Origin: a virus | Taxonomy: Duplodnaviria > Caudoviricetes | Length of the DNA: 59,874 nt | Direction: 5' to 3' (one strand) | IMG/VR virus record: IMGVR_UViG_3300004202_000003 | Span: 1 to 59,874 of that record | Part shown: one piece after another, positions 54,226 through 59,874 of the stretch | Layout of the letters: each line of letters starts with the position of its first letter | How positions within the stretch are numbered: the stretch's first letter is position 1 | The notes under the pieces: model-generated | What the model was told of the DNA's origin: nothing | What the model saw: only the letters and a program-made list of their open reading frames with translations | The model's database searches: none | Translations under genes and position numbers: made by a program

Positions 54226-54936
54226 TCAGTAATAGATGACAACGTATCCGTGTTGCCCGGCGTACCCAACGCTACCCGGATAATCCGCGTCGCCCGCATT
54301 TGCAACGACTGTTCCGCTTCCTGCGGTATTTATCGTGTTGTCGCCTGAAACAAAGCCAGAGCCACCTCCGCCGCCCGCGTAGTTCACGGCTCCGTAGCCC
54401 CCCCAATAGCCGTCTCCACCATTCCCCCCGAAGCCTGACCCAGCGCCCCCATATAAAGCAGACGCGCCAGCCACTTGCGATCCGCCCTGGCCAACAGTAC
54501 CTCCGCCGTCTGACGTGCCTGCCGCGCCGGAACTACCACCGCCGGCGCCGCCATCCGATCCCGAATAGGCATAGCCAGCGCCGCCGCCAGAGCCGGCGAT
54601 AACCATGGCGTTGCCCTGTGCAACAGAAGTATTGAAGACCCCGCAGAGGCCGCCACCAGTTCCGGTGTACGCGCTGCTAGAACCCCCCGCGCCCACTTTG
54701 ATCTGTAGTGTCTGTCCTGGCACTACAGTCACATCGCCTTGCGCGAAACCGCCGCCGCCCCCACTTGATCCGTATGTAGTCGAGCTTCCGCCTCCGGCAC
54801 CCCATACCTTGATCCGAACCTGCCCAGAGTTGTCTTCTGGAATTACGAGCGAATTATCTGTCGCGTATAGTGCGACGCGACTGAACGGGGCCGCAAGCAG
54901 CTTTCCCCCAAACCCGCAGAGCGCATTCACCATCAT
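54226..54936 (-). CDS. Glycine-rich tail/adhesin-like protein
   Basis: KVWGAGGG..GGGGGF...V.PGQTL.IKVGAGG; ends GYVVIYY. Confidence 0.75.
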   Translation of the reverse strand: MMVNALCGFGGKLLAAPFSRVALYATDNSLVIPEDNSGQVRIKVWGAGGGSSTTYGSSGGGGGFAQGDVTVVPGQTLQIKVGAGGSSSAYTGTGGGLCGVFNTSVAQGNAMVIAGSGGGAGYAYSGSDGGAGGGSSGAAGTSDGGGTVGQGGSQVAGASALYGGAGSGFGGNGGDGYWGGYGAVNYAGGGGGSGFVSGDNTINTAGSGTVVANAGDADYPGSVGYAGQHGYVVIYY

Positions 54937-54938
54937 GG

Positions 54939-56153
54939 CTACGGTTCCGTACTCACGGCATAAGTCGCCATCAGCACGACCTCGATCAAATGCGCGTCAA
55001 CATCCAGCGTGTCGGCCCCATCGGTCGCCTTGCGCGAAACCCGGACAATGATCTCGTCGCCGGCCGCCCAGGATCCGCCCGGCGTGATCGCGGCCGTCTC
55101 GGGCGAGATCTGCCGCTTGCCGCTGGCGCTGGTATCGGTCACGGTGACGGCCGTTCCCCATGCGCTATCGATGGTATCGCCGTCGCCTTGGGCCTGCATT
55201 TCGATCTGCCACACACAATCGTGCGACGTCGCGCTGCCAGCCTCCTTGTAGATGAACAAGGCCTTGAAGCCGGCCGATTTATCGAGCGCTTGGGGTGCGC
55301 GGAACGAGAACTGCGCGTACTCGATGGCGTCCTTGTCGAAGGCCATGTAGCCCGTCATCACCTTGTGGGTCGTCGATTCGTCCCACGCCAGCGGAGCCGC
55401 GCCACTGGTCACCGGCACCTTCATCGCGCCTACCGGGAAGCAGCCAATGACCTCCTTGACGCCGATCAATGCGATCGTGCCAGGCGCATCCTGGTGGGTC
55501 TGCGTGCGATCAGCCGTGGGATCTCCCGGGTCGATCGTGAGCTCGAAGGCATCATCCGTCGTGCCTTTGAAGATGATCTTCTTGCCGGCACCCATGGTCA
55601 GGTCGCCAGTCATGGTGCCGCCGGTCAGCGACAGATACAGTGTGTCGAGATACGTCTTGAGCGCCGCCTTGATGTTCGCCCAGGTGGTCTTCTTGACACC
55701 ATCGACGTCCTCGCTGTCGCTGATCCCGAGGCTATCCGCATCGACAGGCGCTGCCTTCGCGGTAGCGCCGGCGATTGTGGCGCCGAGATTCACGGCGGCC
55801 TGCATCAGACTGGCGGTTGGTCGGCACGAAACAATGTCGCCGATCGACCAGGTAGTTGCGCTGGTTCCCTCCTGCCCGCGGCCGGCCACGTCAGCCGTAT
55901 TCGTGCCCGGCACGCCGATCGTGAAGGCGTCGGTGCCGGCGTCGTGGCGCACCACGTGGACGATCTCCTTGGTACCGTCTGCCTTCTGCAGCGTCAGCTT
56001 GGTGTATTCGTCCGTTGTTGCGCCGCCGTCGTTGATGGTCGGGAAGCGCGTACCCTGCCCGGTATAGACAGAGCCCGAGGTCGAGAGCGCCGTCAGGGCG
56101 CCGGCCAGCGTGCTGTTGCCGTTGTTGGATGCCTTGTAGGTGATGGTAGTCAT
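54939..56153 (-). CDS. Putative tail fibre/spike protein
   Basis: N-terminal anchor (GQEGTSATTWSIGD), YLSLTGGTMTGDL fibre motif. Confidence 0.7.
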   Translation of the reverse strand: MTTITYKASNNGNSTLAGALTALSTSGSVYTGQGTRFPTINDGGATTDEYTKLTLQKADGTKEIVHVVRHDAGTDAFTIGVPGTNTADVAGRGQEGTSATTWSIGDIVSCRPTASLMQAAVNLGATIAGATAKAAPVDADSLGISDSEDVDGVKKTTWANIKAALKTYLDTLYLSLTGGTMTGDLTMGAGKKIIFKGTTDDAFELTIDPGDPTADRTQTHQDAPGTIALIGVKEVIGCFPVGAMKVPVTSGAAPLAWDESTTHKVMTGYMAFDKDAIEYAQFSFRAPQALDKSAGFKALFIYKEAGSATSHDCVWQIEMQAQGDGDTIDSAWGTAVTVTDTSASGKRQISPETAAITPGGSWAAGDEIIVRVSRKATDGADTLDVDAHLIEVVLMATYAVSTEP

Positions 56154-56746
56154 GCGTTGGCTCCGGGTGTAATGAGCGCGACAAAGGCCTTGTAGCTGAG
56201 TTCAGAGCGCCCCGAGTTGACGTGCTCGTCATCCTTGCTCTCGGCCCAATGGATCACATACCGCGCCAGCGCCGGCTCAAGGGATTCGGGAAGCTCGCTG
56301 ATCGTGTCGTCCAGCGCGTAGGTGCCCGGCACGCGCACGCTCTTGACATCGAGGCTCTGCCCGGCATTGGCCGGCGGATAGACGAGGAAACGCAAGGGCT
56401 CGCCCTCGATCGGGCACCACTGTTGCGCCGCAGACTTGGTATCGCCGCGCCAGGCCGGCTTGTAGGCATCGAGAGCGGCGCGATTGAACCGTGTCAGGGC
56501 GGCGCCGTTGGTGATGCACAGCACATCGAGAAGCTGCTGGTCAGTCGTGAAACTCAATGTCTGCTCGGCCCCATTGGCACAGGTGAAGGCATTGACCTTG
56601 GTGAAGAGCGCCGGAAGGATGATCGAGACTTCCTTGATGCCGGCATTGACGGCGCGCACCAGTTCGTCGTTCGACTGACGATAGGCAGAGCTCGTCGTGT
56701 CGTTGAGCGGATCGCGCGCCAGGGTGATGATGGTCTGGGGGGTCAC
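56150..56746 (-). CDS. Putative adaptor protein (DUF6682-like)
   Basis: TIIT.AR..LND....R.S..EL...VN.G; FLVYPP; KDDE. Confidence 0.7.
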   Translation of the reverse strand: MTPQTIITLARDPLNDTTSSAYRQSNDELVRAVNAGIKEVSIILPALFTKVNAFTCANGAEQTLSFTTDQQLLDVLCITNGAALTRFNRAALDAYKPAWRGDTKSAAQQWCPIEGEPLRFLVYPPANAGQSLDVKSVRVPGTYALDDTISELPESLEPALARYVIHWAESKDDEHVNSGRSELSYKAFVALITPGANA

Positions 56747-56785
56747 GGTGCCACCCTCTCCGATCGGTCGGCGCCGGCGAGCGGT

Positions 56786-57085
56786 TTATGGAGCAGGGGA
56801 TTGCGCATTGAATTCCTCCTGGGTGATCGTCGGCCAGCCGGCATACCGCAGCATCAGCGTCGAGTTGTCGCCCTTGAGAACCGTGATGTAGGGCGATTGA
56901 CCGTCCCACTCGGCGGCGTAGATGATCTGCGGATCGGCGGCGTAGCCGTCTCCAAGGGACTCGCCCTTGGCGTGAAGTTGTCCGGCGAAGTCGGTTGCCT
57001 GAATCCGTACCGGGACCAGTTGGCCGAGGGCTTCGGCCATTGCGGTGCGGCGTTCTGCCGCGATGATGACGTGGTAGATGCTCAT
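56786..57085 (-). CDS. Hypothetical protein following the spike gene
   Basis: MSIYHVIIAAE..., ATGA coupling. Confidence 0.6.
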   Translation of the reverse strand: MSIYHVIIAAERRTAMAEALGQLVPVRIQATDFAGQLHAKGESLGDGYAADPQIIYAAEWDGQSPYITVLKGDNSTLMLRYAGWPTITQEEFNAQSPAP

Positions 57086-59556
57086 CGATCGATCGCTCCA
57101 AGTTCGGATTGCGAATGGGTCTTCGTGTCGGCATAGATGCCACGGACGGTGCCGTTGAGTTGGTACAGGCCAGCGAGACAGCCGACTTCGAGTTTGGTCG
57201 GTGCTGGGACGCTGGCCGATGTGTCGGGGGTTTGCGCCACGCCGTTGAAATCCATCTTGATGTCGTTGGTCAACGCCGCGAATGACGCCTTGCTTTGGGT
57301 GCCGGGGGTGTAGGCGTCGGATGTTGCCTGCACCCATTGCTGTACCCCTCCAACGCTTCCAGAAAACGCGCTTACCGTAGCGTTTGCAAGATATATGTGC
57401 GCGAAATTATTACTCGTTCCATCGCTTAGTGCAGCGACGGTCGCGAGAGCAGAAACCCCGCTCTCGCGCCGGAAGCTATCCACATGCAGCGTCTTGATGT
57501 TCGCAACATCGGCGCCGGTGTAGGTCAGGACATCAGCATCGCGCTGGACGGCGGTGGCTCCGGTGGCGATGTATGACGTTCTCTTCGTCCCAAGTTCGAT
57601 CTGCGCATCACAGAAGACGCCAGAACCTTGGAGGGTCGTGTCAACGATTCCAGTTGATTGCGTCGGGTTTGTGGTTGCGGCTGGATATACGTCGAACTTG
57701 TACGCCACCGCCGTTGCTGTCTGCGACAAGCCAACTTCCCAAAACGAATCGTTATAGCTGCGGCAATACACAGCACCGGTTGGGGCCACTGTGAAACCCG
57801 TGTAGGCTGACCAGAGGGTTGCAACTCCGTTACTTGTATCTACAGTACAGGCGACTAGATTTGTTGTGCCGACGTTCAAATAGAAGAACAGCACTGGATA
57901 TGCAGCTTGCGGTCCGGTAGTTTTGGCAATAAGCACGGAGGCTGTCCAAGGCGCGGCCGTAAGCGTGGCCGCTATTGCACTCACCCCCTCTATGACACCG
58001 GCAGCATTATCTGTCAGCGTCCATGCATAGTTGGCTTGGCCGTTCGGACCTACAGCGTTCTGTGTTGCTGCTGGTGTGCCTGCGGGATTCCAGCTTGTCA
58101 ATGTGTTGCTGTAGGTGCATACGTTGATCCCCAGCGGTTCGGGGTGATACCCAAGCGCCGGATAGGTCGCGCTGTCGGAAGTGGGCAGCGGGTTGCCGCT
58201 GTAGTCAGTCGCAAAGCACTTGACGCCATCGACGCAGGAGCCGTGATAGACGTAGGTTGCGCCTACGTCCTGATAGGCGGTTGCTACACTGCCGAGTTCA
58301 AGCTGGGCGCAGGCGAAGCCGGCAGAGCCTTGAGCGGCCACATCTGCCGTGCCGGTTGATTGGTTTGCCACAGTTGTTCCGGCTGGGACAAGCTGTGAAT
58401 ACCAGGTGTCTGTAGTTGCCGCAAAAGTAAGCGACACCTTCCACCAATTAGCGTCGTGGCTTGTACATGTTGCTGACGACGCAACAACCGTATAGCCGGT
58501 CATGGCCGTCCAGACGGTAGCTACTCCGTTCGTCGTATCGACGGTGCAACTTGCCACTTTCCCGCCAGCACCGAAACCAGTGTAAATCAGCGGGTAGCTG
58601 GATTGCGCGCCAACAGTTTTTGCCACATACGCCGTTAGCGTGTAGGTTCCTGCCGCAAGGCTGTGGGTGGCGTAAATCGTTTCGGTGTTGCCCGCTGAGT
58701 TGTCGGTCAGCGTCCAGCCCTGCGCCGATACACCCGTTGGGCCTACGCGATCCTGTACCGGCGAGGGCGTCGATGCTTGTGTCCAGCCCAACGTAGTTCC
58801 GCTGGTGTTATTGAGTTGATTGCTGAACTTAATTAGGTTCCGCTGCACCGCGCCGACGCTGACGTATTCGCGCAAGGTCGTTTGATCAGAGCAACCAGTA
58901 ACATCCAGCGCCATCAACTCTGTGACCGTCACCGATGTTGCGGTATTTCCAGCACGACGGATTATGTAGAAACTTGGATTCGCCGAAGTCACTACACCAA
59001 GACCATTATACGTTGTCGGTATAGAGGTCAGCGTGACCGTCACGTCAGCCATTCCGCTACAGTTGCTCCACACGATCGTTACGGTGCCGGTGCCCGACAA
59101 CTTGGCTTGCAGCAGAACAGATTGACCGACAGGGACAACGATCTGCTGCCGAATGTGATCGTTGTCGGCGGGTAGCGTCAATGTGTTCGCGCTCGGAGTT
59201 CCAGCCGTTCCACCCTTCGCCCACGCAGCGTTCGTCACATCCTCGGTGCTGCCTGATGCGAGTCTGTTATAAGTCCGCCGCACACCCCTGAACCGCGCCT
59301 CGCCTGCCAGCGCCGTGTATTGCCGGCCCTCGAAGTCCTTTTCGGTGGCCGTGGTGGCGCGAACGAAGGAAGGGGTGAGGGTGCCGCGCTGCGGTACTAC
59401 AGTCGTGAGGAGATCGGCGGCGATCGGCATGCCGTCGAGCAGCGCGCGCCTTCTGGAACCGCTGCCGAACAGGTTGCCGATCGCGCGCTCGATCATGCAC
59501 GGCGGCAGTCCGCGCACGCCGCCGAAACGGCCGCGGGCGAACCTTCTTGGCGTCAT
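57082..59556 (-). CDS. Head spike / fibre-like carbohydrate-binding protein with internal duplication
   Basis: FVRATTAT, two NL..S...AQ(L/I)ELG..T.Y modules, TSYIAT...V.R.AD, LamG-like end (LNGTVR). Confidence 0.75.
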   Translation of the reverse strand: MTPRRFARGRFGGVRGLPPCMIERAIGNLFGSGSRRRALLDGMPIAADLLTTVVPQRGTLTPSFVRATTATEKDFEGRQYTALAGEARFRGVRRTYNRLASGSTEDVTNAAWAKGGTAGTPSANTLTLPADNDHIRQQIVVPVGQSVLLQAKLSGTGTVTIVWSNCSGMADVTVTLTSIPTTYNGLGVVTSANPSFYIIRRAGNTATSVTVTELMALDVTGCSDQTTLREYVSVGAVQRNLIKFSNQLNNTSGTTLGWTQASTPSPVQDRVGPTGVSAQGWTLTDNSAGNTETIYATHSLAAGTYTLTAYVAKTVGAQSSYPLIYTGFGAGGKVASCTVDTTNGVATVWTAMTGYTVVASSATCTSHDANWWKVSLTFAATTDTWYSQLVPAGTTVANQSTGTADVAAQGSAGFACAQLELGSVATAYQDVGATYVYHGSCVDGVKCFATDYSGNPLPTSDSATYPALGYHPEPLGINVCTYSNTLTSWNPAGTPAATQNAVGPNGQANYAWTLTDNAAGVIEGVSAIAATLTAAPWTASVLIAKTTGPQAAYPVLFFYLNVGTTNLVACTVDTSNGVATLWSAYTGFTVAPTGAVYCRSYNDSFWEVGLSQTATAVAYKFDVYPAATTNPTQSTGIVDTTLQGSGVFCDAQIELGTKRTSYIATGATAVQRDADVLTYTGADVANIKTLHVDSFRRESGVSALATVAALSDGTSNNFAHIYLANATVSAFSGSVGGVQQWVQATSDAYTPGTQSKASFAALTNDIKMDFNGVAQTPDTSASVPAPTKLEVGCLAGLYQLNGTVRGIYADTKTHSQSELGAIDR

Positions 59557-59874
59557 TACGCCTTCCTCAGAGTCACGGTGAAGTCGTAGCTCGCGCCGCT
59601 GGTGGCGCCGTAGGTGGTGAGCACCAGGTCGCCGGTGCTTCCGGATCCCGTATCGAGCTTCCCCTTGCCGTCGCTCAGTGCGCCGTAGTCCTCCATATAG
59701 TTTCCGGAGGCCGGCACGGCGGCATTCACGTTCGACGTGTGCTTCCAGATCAGGGCGATCTTCGAGAAACCCTGCACGGAGGCGCGCAAGTCGAGCAGCG
59801 GAAGGGAGTGCGGCTCGGTTACGCCGTCCCGAGACACCAGAGTGCTCTTGTCGGCGATGATGGTCTCGGTTTCG
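59556..59874 (-). CDS. C-terminal part of the small virion-region protein starting at 91
   Basis: Frame open from the right edge: ETETIIADKSTLV...TGDLVLTT.G...G.SY. Confidence 0.75.
   Translation of the reverse strand, partial: ETETIIADKSTLVSRDGVTEPHSLPLLDLRASVQGFSKIALIWKHTSNVNAAVPASGNYMEDYGALSDGKGKLDTGSGSTGDLVLTTYGATSGASYDFTVTLRKA

Noticed and set aside
57563-58842. Diversity-generating retroelement TR/VR pair
   Set aside because: No reverse transcriptase in the genome; both copies are coding and diverged at all base types

Overview
The window is essentially one complete, circularly permuted ~59.9 kb temperate tailed-phage genome in its excised (attP-intact) form. It is GC-rich, and a proteobacterial host is inferred. 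The layout is lambdoid. The minus strand carries cro/cII, a DNA methyltransferase, a DUF1376 replication initiator with iterons, nin-like genes, a Q-like regulator, lysis genes, terminase, a P22-type portal, scaffold, an N4-gp56-type major capsid, podovirus-like tail/ejection genes and a 3895-aa polyvalent protein. The plus strand carries the repressor, the PL operon (RecT, YqaJ exonuclease, C5 methyltransferase, J-domain and other genes), xis and a tyrosine integrase whose 3' end contains a tRNA-His attP core. The most striking feature is at 33401-35071: four structurally canonical integron attC sites delimit four gene cassettes with matched R''/R' ends. The cargo is phage-type, the genes run opposite to the usual cassette orientation, and no IntI is encoded in the genome. 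Also notable are an HNH endonuclease gene fully nested in another frame of an intact methyltransferase, and an integrase whose degron-like C-terminus would be swapped on integration. All family assignments come from motif recognition by eye; no database searches were run.
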